From a virus (Duplodnaviria; Caudoviricetes): a stretch of 32,553 nucleotides of DNA. The stretch is taken from positions 1-32,553 of IMG/VR virus record IMGVR_UViG_3300015203_000022; one strand, 5' to 3'. The position numbers and the translations under genes were made by a program. Below the pieces are notes generated by a model. The model made no database searches. It was not told the origin of the DNA and saw only the letters and a program-made list of their open reading frames with translations. Below, piece by piece: positions 25,027-32,553 of this stretch. Position 1 is the stretch's first letter. Each line of letters opens with the position of its first letter.

Positions 25027-26214
25027 ATGCTTACCATCAAAACCGCCAGCCTCCGCACCGCCCTGGCCTTGGTCAAGGGCGCAATCGAGGTGCGCAACAC
25101 CATCCCGATTCTCGCCTGCGTCAAGATCGCCACTGATGAAACCGGCGCGGTGTTCCTGACTGGCACGGATATGGAGGTCGCCTTGACCGTGCGCCTGGAC
25201 GCCCAGGCCACCGAAGCGTTCTCCGCTGTCATTCCGCACAAGCCGCTTTCCGCCCTGCTGAAAGGCAGCAAGGCCGAGGTGGTGGCGTTGGATGCGGAAG
25301 AGGTGCCGCCGCCCAAGGGCAAGGGCAAGCCCCTGGCCAAACCGACGTGGCGCGTTCACGTCAAGCTCGGTGGATCGGCGGTGACGCTGGCCGGGATGGA
25401 CGTGGCCGATTTTCCCGGATTGAAGAAAGGCGAACTGAAACACGCTTTCGACATGCCGGCGGCGGAACTCGGCGCGGCTTTCGGCGCGGTGCGTCACGCG
25501 ATTTCGACGGAACAGACGCGCTACTATTTGAACGGGATTTGCTTTGATACCTCGCGGCAGGATGGTCCCGACAGGATGGGCCGGCTTGCGTGCGTCACCA
25601 CCGACGGCCATCGACTCGGCAAGTACATGCTGGACCGGCCCGCCAGTGTCGGGCGGGATGCGCCGCGTATCGTCATCCCCGCCGGCACGGTGAAGCTGTT
25701 GCTGGCCGTGCTGAAAGGCCAGGGGCAGGTTCGCATGGAATGGTCCGACACGCGGGCGTGGTGGACGGTCGAGGGCGTCACCCTGGCCAGCAAGCTGATT
25801 GACGGGACGTTCCCGGAGTATGACCGCGCGATCCCTCACCACATTGAGAATCGGGTGGTGGTGGATGCGGTGCGGCTGGCCGAGGTCGCCGAGCGGGTGG
25901 CGTCGATTTCGCAGGATCGTTCGTCGCCGGTAAAGCTCTTTTTCAGCAAGGCGGGTGAGGTCGTGGTGTTCGCGAGCAATTCGGATGGCGCGGTGTCGGC
26001 CGAGACGTTGAACGGTGCCTGCGTCAACATGGTGTCGCCGTTCGACATGGAGATCGGCTTTCAGATGCGATACCTGAAAGACGCGCTCGAGCAATGCGGC
26101 CCGCTGGCCGTGATGATGCTGCAAGGCATGAGTGGGCCGGCGGTGTTCCATCCTGCGGACGATGATCCCGGTGAGCCGCGCGCTACGTTCGTCGTCATGC
26201 CCATGCGGATTTAG
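25027..26214 (+). CDS. dnaN: DNA polymerase III beta sliding clamp
   Basis: RNTIPILA, GTDME, AISTEQTRYYLNGI, TTDGHRL, SKLIDGTFPEY, IGFQMRYLKDAL, VVMPMRI. Confidence 0.95.
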   Translation: MLTIKTASLRTALALVKGAIEVRNTIPILACVKIATDETGAVFLTGTDMEVALTVRLDAQATEAFSAVIPHKPLSALLKGSKAEVVALDAEEVPPPKGKGKPLAKPTWRVHVKLGGSAVTLAGMDVADFPGLKKGELKHAFDMPAAELGAAFGAVRHAISTEQTRYYLNGICFDTSRQDGPDRMGRLACVTTDGHRLGKYMLDRPASVGRDAPRIVIPAGTVKLLLAVLKGQGQVRMEWSDTRAWWTVEGVTLASKLIDGTFPEYDRAIPHHIENRVVVDAVRLAEVAERVASISQDRSSPVKLFFSKAGEVVVFASNSDGAVSAETLNGACVNMVSPFDMEIGFQMRYLKDALEQCGPLAVMMLQGMSGPAVFHPADDDPGEPRATFVVMPMRI

Positions 26215-26224
26215 GAGGAAGTCA

Positions 26225-26527
26225 ATGAGTAGCAACCTACACAACGCCTTCGCCGGGGAGCATCCGATTCCCGGCTTCGGCTCCCTGCATGTGTATTATG
26301 CGGATCGCCGCCTTGTGCTTGACTGGAACAAGGCGCGTGGCATCGCGCGGGGGCACCATCTGGCCTATAGGTGCGGCTGGTATTACGTGCTCAACGGCGA
26401 GCGGAACGGCGCTCCGGTGCTGGTGGAGGGGGAGAAGAGCGGCGGCCCCTACAGCAGCAGCCGCGCCGCCTACCAAGCCGGTTACAAGGCCGCGCGGGAG
26501 GTGATGTCATGCTCGCCAGTATCTTGA
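26225..26527 (+). CDS. Hypothetical protein
   Basis: AGGAGG RBS before ATG 26225. Confidence 0.65.
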   Translation: MSSNLHNAFAGEHPIPGFGSLHVYYADRRLVLDWNKARGIARGHHLAYRCGWYYVLNGERNGAPVLVEGEKSGGPYSSSRAAYQAGYKAAREVMSCSPVS

Positions 26528-26568
26528 TCGTGCTGGGGTTCGTGTGCTTGGTGTGGAGTGAGCTATGA
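26509..26568 (+). CDS. 19-aa hydrophobic peptide MLASILIVLGFVCLVWSEL
   Basis: GGAGGTG RBS; ATGA overlap with the next gene. Confidence 0.4.
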   Translation: MLASILIVLGFVCLVWSEL

Positions 26569-26798
26569 GCAAGTGCGTGGCCACCTCGCAATGCGCCGCC
26601 TATGCCTACTCGGACCGCCACGCCTGCCATCGCTGCGGCATGGCGTGGCTGGCCCGCGATCTTCACCCAGGCTGCATGGGTGGCGAACTTGACATCCCTA
26701 CGGTCGGGCAGGTGTTGGCGCGGGCTGCGTACGAAAACCCGCATCGGCTTGTCGTGGCTGCCAAACAAGGCATTGACAGCCTGCACAACCCCGCCTAG
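26565..26798 (+). CDS. Small Cys-rich hypothetical protein
   Basis: GGAG RBS; C...CHRC...C. Confidence 0.55.
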   Translation: MSKCVATSQCAAYAYSDRHACHRCGMAWLARDLHPGCMGGELDIPTVGQVLARAAYENPHRLVVAAKQGIDSLHNPA

Positions 26799-26801
26799 CC
26801 T
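26773..26801 (+). promoter_or_regulatory. sigma70-like promoter
   Basis: TTGACA-N17-TAGCCT. Confidence 0.6.
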
Positions 26802-26833
26802 TGCCTGTCGGAACAAGTTATAGGGGATCAACC

Positions 26834-27088
26834 GTGGCCATCATTGATAAGAAAAAAGCCCTAGAGGCCGCCGGCTTCACTGTCGGCGAGCGCGATCTAA
26901 GGCTCAATCGCAAATATCCCGGCCGCTTCATGGTTGTGGAAGAGCACGACGATTCGGAACTTCCTACGGACGATGGCAGCAACGGGCCGTGGTGCATCGT
27001 CGGCGACGACATCAACGCCTTGATCTTGGAGGCGCATGAGTATTACGAGGATTTATGCGTCGGAAACGTCGCCAGAGGGGCCGCGTGA
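26834..27088 (+). CDS. Acidic hypothetical protein
   Basis: AGGGGA RBS before GTG 26834. Confidence 0.65.
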   Translation: MAIIDKKKALEAAGFTVGERDLRLNRKYPGRFMVVEEHDDSELPTDDGSNGPWCIVGDDINALILEAHEYYEDLCVGNVARGAA

Positions 27089-27089
27089 T

Positions 27090-27992
27090 ATGGCCTTCAA
27101 TCTCAAGCCTGCCGCCGAACTCGGTCTGGACAAGGCCGAAATCCTGACAACCGCCGCGACGATGGCGTATGTCGGGATTTCGGACCTGTCGGCCGCCAAG
27201 GGGGTTTGTGTCCAGGCTGCAACCCTCTACATCGAAGCCGCCCTGGCCACCGCGATATCGCGCGAGCTTCAAGGGCTGTACGATGATATCGAGATCACCA
27301 ACGGCCCGCGTGAGGACAACGGCCTGTACAGCGGCGCGGAATGGGACGATCTGCTTGATACCGAAGTGGTCGAGACCTTCGCCGAGGTCCGCGAGCGTAT
27401 CGGCTCCAAATTGTTCGCCGATATGGCTACCGGCGTCGGGCTTGGCCGGGCGGTGTCGTGTGCCGAGGTCGGCGCGGAACTCGCCCGCGTGGCCGCCAAG
27501 TTCTACCCCGGCAAGCCCGAAGACTATGGCAAGTTCCTGTCAAGCATCGGCATCGTGGCCAGCGACATCGAGACCGTCCAGAAGACCGCGAACGGCAAGA
27601 CCATCCCCCAGGCGGCAGCGGATGCCGACGCGCGAGTTGTGGAGGTCGCCGAGACCGCCCCCGCCGTGGCCGAGGGTATCTCGACATCCACTGAGCGGGC
27701 GCACATCGCGCCGCCCGAGGACGTGCCGCAGGAAGGCGCACCGCTGCGCATAGCGCCGGCTGGCGAGGGTGTCGCCGCCGTCTATCGCCTGTTCTTTGAG
27801 GCCACCGAGGTCTCGACACCTGAAATGGCGGCGCTACTCGGTATCTCGGTCGGAAGCTGGCGGAACTACACCAAGGGTTTAACCCCCGGCAAGTTGTCCG
27901 ACACGCAAGGCGTCGTGTTCTTGCAGGACATCGACCGGCGGATGGCGTTGCTGAAACAGGCGGCGGCGATCATCGCGGGCGTCAAGGCGTGA
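27090..27992 (+). CDS. Hypothetical protein with C-terminal XRE-like HTH
   Basis: STPEMAALLGISVGSWRNYTKG. Confidence 0.65.
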   Translation: MAFNLKPAAELGLDKAEILTTAATMAYVGISDLSAAKGVCVQAATLYIEAALATAISRELQGLYDDIEITNGPREDNGLYSGAEWDDLLDTEVVETFAEVRERIGSKLFADMATGVGLGRAVSCAEVGAELARVAAKFYPGKPEDYGKFLSSIGIVASDIETVQKTANGKTIPQAAADADARVVEVAETAPAVAEGISTSTERAHIAPPEDVPQEGAPLRIAPAGEGVAAVYRLFFEATEVSTPEMAALLGISVGSWRNYTKGLTPGKLSDTQGVVFLQDIDRRMALLKQAAAIIAGVKA

Positions 27993-27994
27993 GC

Positions 27995-28123
27995 ATGGAC
28001 AGCCTCGACCGGCTGACGAACCGGGCGGTTCTTAAAGCCGTGGCCGTCGCGGTGGGTTTTTTGTTTTCCTGCTTGTTGCTGGGCGGGCTACTTGGGTATC
28101 TTTTTGTGAGGATCACACAGTGA
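27995..28123 (+). CDS. 42-aa membrane peptide
   Basis: Manual translation MDSLDRLTNRAVLKAVAVAVGFLFSCLLLGGLLGYLFVRITQ; fills the gap with a GTGA overlap. Confidence 0.55.
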   Translation: MDSLDRLTNRAVLKAVAVAVGFLFSCLLLGGLLGYLFVRITQ

Positions 28124-28341
28124 GCACCGATCCCGAACGTGAACGCCAGTTGCGCTATTTCAAGCTCGCCGTCGAAAGCATGGGCGAATGCTTGACGGAC
28201 TTCGGCCGGCTGTTGCTGCAAGGCTGGCGGGAGGACAACGGCCACCTGCGCGGCAACATCGCGTTGGGGTTGGAGCGGACAGCGAGCTACCTGCGTGGCC
28301 AGCCTTTCGAGGCGAGGATTGACGGCAAGCACCTGTCCTGA
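28120..28341 (+). CDS. Hypothetical protein
   Basis: Coupled to neighbours. Confidence 0.55.
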   Translation: MSTDPERERQLRYFKLAVESMGECLTDFGRLLLQGWREDNGHLRGNIALGLERTASYLRGQPFEARIDGKHLS

Positions 28342-28841
28342 TGGTCGTGCTCGGGATCGACCCCGGCCTGTCAGGCGCGCTTGCCCTCTATACCAGCGAG
28401 TCGCGCCGGCTTGTCCAGATCGAGGCCATGCCGGTCTATCTCCGCAAGATCGGCAAGGCTGCGAAGCAACGCCATGTTGTCGATAGCGTCAAGCTGTTCG
28501 ACATGATGGAGGGCTTCGACGCCCTCGGTGTGGACCTTGTGGTGCTTGAACAGGTGGCGTCGAGGCCAGGGGACATGGGTGGCGTCACGGCCGGGTATGG
28601 CATGGGTTTGCTGGTGATGGCGTGCGTGGCCTTGAAGCTGCGCTTGGAGGTCGTCCAAGCTGCCGCGTGGAAGCGGGCGATGCGCGTGCCTGCTGACAAG
28701 AAAGAGGCCATACAACGGGCTTTGGCGTTGTTCCCGGAGCAACGTGGGATGTTCGTGCCTCCGGGTGGTCGGGTGCCGCACGATGGACGTGCGGAGGCGG
28801 GGATGCTGGCGATGTATGGTGGGGACCACCTCAAGGCATGA
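28341..28841 (+). CDS. ruvC: RuvC-like Holliday junction resolvase
   Basis: VLGIDPGLSGALA, VVLEQV, AAWKR, HDGRAEA. Confidence 0.85.
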   Translation: MVVLGIDPGLSGALALYTSESRRLVQIEAMPVYLRKIGKAAKQRHVVDSVKLFDMMEGFDALGVDLVVLEQVASRPGDMGGVTAGYGMGLLVMACVALKLRLEVVQAAAWKRAMRVPADKKEAIQRALALFPEQRGMFVPPGGRVPHDGRAEAGMLAMYGGDHLKA

Positions 28842-29029
28842 TTGACGATCCCGCCATCCGTGAAGAAAACCTTCGCGCCCTGGTGGCCTTGCCGCCAGGG
28901 TCGGTGGTCCAGTTTGAAGGGGATCGGTGGGTTCACCTGATCCATCCGGCGCGGGTGTCGGTGAGGCTCAATCTGCTGCAAGGACGTGAGGCGTTCATGT
29001 GGCAGGTAGAGGAATGGGCGACAACTTAG
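28838..29029 (+). CDS. Hypothetical protein
   Basis: ATGA overlap with the resolvase gene. Confidence 0.5.
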   Translation: MIDDPAIREENLRALVALPPGSVVQFEGDRWVHLIHPARVSVRLNLLQGREAFMWQVEEWATT

Positions 29030-29040
29030 GGGAGTGTGCT

Positions 29041-29484
29041 GTGATTGTGGTAGTGAACCAGTTAGCGACGGTGATTTTGCGTGCATTGCACACAGAGATA
29101 ACCGCGCGTCAGTCTTACCGCGCTGCGCAAGCTGTTGTCGCCCACATCCCCACCCTCGCCCGCGAGGCCCTGCTGCCGGGGTGCGCGGCGGGGTTTGGCG
29201 GGTTGACGGCAGAAGAACTTAGAAGCTGCGCTGACCAAATAGCCACTCGCCCTTGGCGCGAACACAGCGCGCCCTCAAAGCGCGGAGAGATGGACCTGCT
29301 ATGCGTCGCCCTCCGCGCCGCCGCCGACGCGCTCGACCCGCCCGCGCCACCGGAGCCGAGTGTGGAGGATTTGCGGAGTAGCGCCAAGTTTATGCGCCGC
29401 TATGCCGAGTCGAACAACGACAAAGGATACTTGGCCGTCGCCGCCTTGCTCGACCGCCTCGCCGACGAGAAGGAGCGCGGGTGA
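29041..29484 (+). CDS. Hypothetical protein
   Basis: GGGGAG RBS before GTG 29041; start uncertain. Confidence 0.5.
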   Translation: MIVVVNQLATVILRALHTEITARQSYRAAQAVVAHIPTLAREALLPGCAAGFGGLTAEELRSCADQIATRPWREHSAPSKRGEMDLLCVALRAAADALDPPAPPEPSVEDLRSSAKFMRRYAESNNDKGYLAVAALLDRLADEKERG

Positions 29485-29576
29485 TGTGGTATGTTCTCGC
29501 AGCAATAGGCGGCGGTGTCGGCGCATTGTTCCTTTTGTGGTTGGCAATTGTGACAACTCCGAGGAACTGGCCATGA
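29484..29576 (+). CDS. 30-aa membrane peptide MWYVLAAIGGGVGALFLLWLAIVTTPRNWP
   Basis: AAGGAG RBS; overlaps the stop/start of both neighbours. Confidence 0.55.
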   Translation: MWYVLAAIGGGVGALFLLWLAIVTTPRNWP

Positions 29577-29779
29577 CCACCCCCTCGCCCCAGCAGCGCG
29601 CGGAGTGGCGTGTCGTGTTCGACGCTTCCCACAACATCGGCGCATCGACGAACGAACCGTCAATCCGCGAGATAATCGTTGCTTACTACGCGGCGCATTT
29701 CCTAACGCCGCGAGCAAAGAAACTCGCCGACAAATTGATACGCGCCTCCCTGGCCGCAGCGCGGGGAGACGGGGGATGA
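29573..29779 (+). CDS. Hypothetical protein
   Basis: GAGGA RBS; ATGA overlaps. Confidence 0.55.
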   Translation: MTTPSPQQRAEWRVVFDASHNIGASTNEPSIREIIVAYYAAHFLTPRAKKLADKLIRASLAAARGDGG

Positions 29780-30003
29780 GTATCTACCAGTTTACGAAAT
29801 TCTCGCGGAGCGCAAGTGATTTCGTTCCAGTGTTCGGCGATCCATGCGGCCCTTGGATCAAGTCGTTCGCGTGGTTGCCACGCGAAACATATGATGGCGG
29901 CTTAGTGTGGTTGCGCCGCATATGGAAGCGCCGGATTTGCAAGCACCATTACCTTGATGGTGGTGCAGACTTTTGGTGGCAATGCAGGAGATTTGCACCA
30001 TGA
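29776..30003 (+). CDS. Hypothetical Trp-rich protein (FAWLP...GGLVWL)
   Basis: ATGA overlaps at both ends. Confidence 0.55.
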   Translation: MSIYQFTKFSRSASDFVPVFGDPCGPWIKSFAWLPRETYDGGLVWLRRIWKRRICKHHYLDGGADFWWQCRRFAP

Positions 30004-30419
30004 CCCAACCTAACCCCCTCACCCTCGCCGACGAGGCGCGGGATCGTGCGGAGGTGGATGCCGCAGCGGCGCTCGAACAGTTCTGCAATATTTATCTCGC
30101 GGATAATGGGTTTCCGGGCGGCGGCAAAACATGGCTATTGCGCCAGCGTCTAGGCAGATTGCGCGACGATATTGTTCGTGTCACTTCGGACGCGCACGCC
30201 ACCGCCATCACCGCCCTTGCCGCCGACCTCGCCGCGTCGCGGGCGGAAGTGGCAACGCTGCGGGCGGGATGGTTTCGCATGATGCAGTTCGACAGTGAGT
30301 GCGCGCCTGAAATTCATTTCGGAAAGCGGTGCGAAGGCAAGGACACCTGCCGGTGCGCCGAGGAGATGGACGAATGGATGGCGCCTGCAAAGTTTCCCAT
30401 ACCGGACCCCGCGCCATGA
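30000..30419 (+). CDS. Hypothetical protein
   Basis: AGGAG RBS; ATGA overlaps. Confidence 0.55.
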   Translation: MTQPNPLTLADEARDRAEVDAAAALEQFCNIYLADNGFPGGGKTWLLRQRLGRLRDDIVRVTSDAHATAITALAADLAASRAEVATLRAGWFRMMQFDSECAPEIHFGKRCEGKDTCRCAEEMDEWMAPAKFPIPDPAP

Positions 30420-30685
30420 CCCCGTTGCAGCAGGCCGAGGCGCGGTTGTGGATGTTGGTTCGCGAAGAGACGCCTTTTGTCAGAGTCGGAGACATTGAAA
30501 GCGTTCTGTCCGAACTCGCCCGCCTCTGCGCCGATGTAGCGCGGCTGCGCGTGGTGGATGACGGGATGGTGGAGCGGGCGTTGAAACGATATTATCGAGG
30601 CTGCTCCCACGACGATGGGCCGTTTACCAATGTCGAAAGACACGACATGTGCGCTGCGCTCGAAGCGGCGATGGGGAGAGGGTGA
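30416..30685 (+). CDS. Hypothetical protein
   Basis: ATGA overlap. Confidence 0.55.
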   Translation: MTPLQQAEARLWMLVREETPFVRVGDIESVLSELARLCADVARLRVVDDGMVERALKRYYRGCSHDDGPFTNVERHDMCAALEAAMGRG

Positions 30686-30996
30686 TGGCGATGCGCTGTC
30701 CGAAATGCGACGCTGATATCAGCGACACCTATGAAGGTGACGACTATTCGTGCGGGATTGTCGCAGGCTGGTCCTGTGATACCTGCGGGCTTGGGTTCGC
30801 TGAGCATGAATACCCGCGCGAGCCAATGGATGATGATGTCGGTATCCCACCTGCACCGCCGCGCGCAGACGGCAAGATCGGAACACCGTTGTCGAAACTG
30901 TCCAGCCAGCCTGGGCCGAAGGATGATCCCGGCCATCCTGATCACGCACGGTATGCGGAGTTCTGTCGTATTGCGAGTTCGTGGGGTTACGAATGA
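30685..30996 (+). CDS. Zn-ribbon hypothetical protein
   Basis: CPKC...WSCDTC. Confidence 0.6.
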   Translation: MAMRCPKCDADISDTYEGDDYSCGIVAGWSCDTCGLGFAEHEYPREPMDDDVGIPPAPPRADGKIGTPLSKLSSQPGPKDDPGHPDHARYAEFCRIASSWGYE

Positions 30997-31244
30997 CCGC
31001 CCCGCGCTGCGAACCGCCGGCCGAGCATCGGGGGAAGCGGTGGCATTGGTTGATAGGATCGGCAGAGAAACCGACTCCGTGGGAGTGGTGCAATCCATTC
31101 AGCGATGAAGGCACCGGCTGGGGATGGCGGCACGGTTACGGTATGGGCGCTCCTGATTCTATGGCGGCGTGGGGGTTCCGATATCTTGGTCCCTGCGAGC
31201 CGCCCGCGCTGCCGCCGGCAGGGGAGGGTGGCGATGCCACTTAG
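30993..31244 (+). CDS. Hypothetical Trp-rich protein
   Basis: ATGA overlap; ...WGFRYLGPCEPP. Confidence 0.55.
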   Translation: MTAPRCEPPAEHRGKRWHWLIGSAEKPTPWEWCNPFSDEGTGWGWRHGYGMGAPDSMAAWGFRYLGPCEPPALPPAGEGGDAT

Positions 31245-32553
31245 CCTCTTCCCCTATCAGGAAGCAGGCGCGCAGTTCATCGCCAGCCGTGAACGAAGCG
31301 GCCTGTTAGATGTTATGGGAATCGGTAAGTCCGCCCAAGCGATCCGCTCGGCCGATCTCCGGGGTGACAAGCGCATCATCGTCATCTGCCCCGCCCTGGC
31401 CCGCGAAATGTGGCGGCGTGAGTGGGCCAAGTTTTCCCACTGGCCACGGCGGATCGTGAAAGGCTTGACCATCCACGACTTGCTCGCGTGGCAGCGGGGT
31501 GTATTCGACATCATCACCTTGTCCTATGAAATGGCAACCAAGTTTCGCCCGCAGATTATGGACGCCTGCGAAGTGCTCGATCTTGTCATTATTGACGAAG
31601 GCCACGCGATCAAGGATGAAGATGCCAAGCGCACCAAAGCGGTGATCGGCCGGCATTCCGATGGCGTTGGTGGTATCGTCCAATGGGCGGCCAGGGCGGT
31701 GTGGATGACCGGCACGCCGGCCCCGAACGACAGCGCCGACATTTACACCTTCCTGAAATTCTGCCGCGCCACGGCCCTGACAAAGCGCCAGTTCATTGAC
31801 CGCTATTTCCACTCCCGGCAGAAAACCTATTCGGCGGCGCACACGCCCAAGGTCGATATGCTTCCCGAGCTTCACGCCATGATCGCCAACAACTCGATCC
31901 GCCGCACCCTCGATCAAGTCGGATTTCAGTTACCCCCGGTGTTCCTGACAACCGCCGTGGTGGATGGCGACACGGCTGCCATCGCTGAGTTCCTGTTCCA
32001 GTTTCCCGGCCTAGACACACGTATCCTCGACTCGCTTCGCGCCGGCAAAGGATTATCCGGCCTGGACGATGACCACATTGCCACATTGCGCCGGTTGATC
32101 GGAGAGGCCAAGGCGCTGCCCTACGCGCACATGTTGCTCGGCGAGCTTCAAGGTGGTTTGGACAAGATGGTGACGTTCGGCTTGCACAAGCGGGCGTTGA
32201 TCTCGGTGCGGGACTATCTGTGGCAGCACAGTATCAAGTGCGGCATCATCAACGGCGATACGCCTGAGAAGGATCGGCAATCCTACATCGAACAATTCCA
32301 GGCCGACGCGGATTTTCGGGTGTTGATCCTGAATATGCGCGCGGGCGGAACGGCGATCACCTTGACGGCTTCGGCGCACATAGACCTTCTTGAACAAGAT
32401 TGGTCTCCCGGAATGAATGCGCAGGCTTTGAAGCGGGTGCATCGCATCGGCCAGATGAGAAGCGTGCAAGCCCGGCTGTTCGGACTGGCGCGCTCGTTCG
32501 ATGAAACCGTGGCCGAGGTGGTGAGTGAGAAAACCGCCAGTGTGGCGATGATT
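31234..32553 (+). CDS. SNF2-family (SF2) helicase/ATPase, runs off the window at its 3' end
   Basis: Manual translation MPLSLFPYQEAG...DVMGIGKS...IIDEGH...MTGTP...GGTAITLT...WSPGMNAQALKRVHRIGQ. Confidence 0.9.
   Translation, partial: MPLSLFPYQEAGAQFIASRERSGLLDVMGIGKSAQAIRSADLRGDKRIIVICPALAREMWRREWAKFSHWPRRIVKGLTIHDLLAWQRGVFDIITLSYEMATKFRPQIMDACEVLDLVIIDEGHAIKDEDAKRTKAVIGRHSDGVGGIVQWAARAVWMTGTPAPNDSADIYTFLKFCRATALTKRQFIDRYFHSRQKTYSAAHTPKVDMLPELHAMIANNSIRRTLDQVGFQLPPVFLTTAVVDGDTAAIAEFLFQFPGLDTRILDSLRAGKGLSGLDDDHIATLRRLIGEAKALPYAHMLLGELQGGLDKMVTFGLHKRALISVRDYLWQHSIKCGIINGDTPEKDRQSYIEQFQADADFRVLILNMRAGGTAITLTASAHIDLLEQDWSPGMNAQALKRVHRIGQMRSVQARLFGLARSFDETVAEVVSEKTASVAMI

Overview
A 32.5-kb GC-rich fragment of a tailed dsDNA phage, probably infecting an alphaproteobacterium (inferred from the dif-like site). 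Two arms are transcribed divergently. The minus strand (20143 to 1) carries regulators, an HslV-like peptidase, two glycosyltransferases, a KTSC protein, large terminase, portal, scaffold, major capsid, adaptor paralogs and collagen-like fibres, with three free-standing HNH endonuclease genes inserted. The plus strand (about 21.2 kb to the end) carries early/replication genes: small hypotheticals, a pentapeptide-repeat protein, beta clamp, RuvC-like resolvase and SNF2 helicase. A ~1-kb non-coding switch region holds a 64-bp tandem repeat, an inverted repeat enclosing 8-bp repeats, and a XerC/D dif-like site flanked by IHF boxes. The most striking element is an array at 21.7-24.6 kb. A sigma70-like promoter is followed by short genes separated by five 55-56-bp hairpin elements with conserved arms and a variable, covarying upper stem. 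Four elements contain the stop codon of the upstream gene (the first holds an in-frame TGA behind an earlier stop), and all five are followed by the next gene's RBS. This layout resembles an integron cassette array or a set of RNA-processing sites. All calls come from reading the sequence and recognising motifs; no searches were run.
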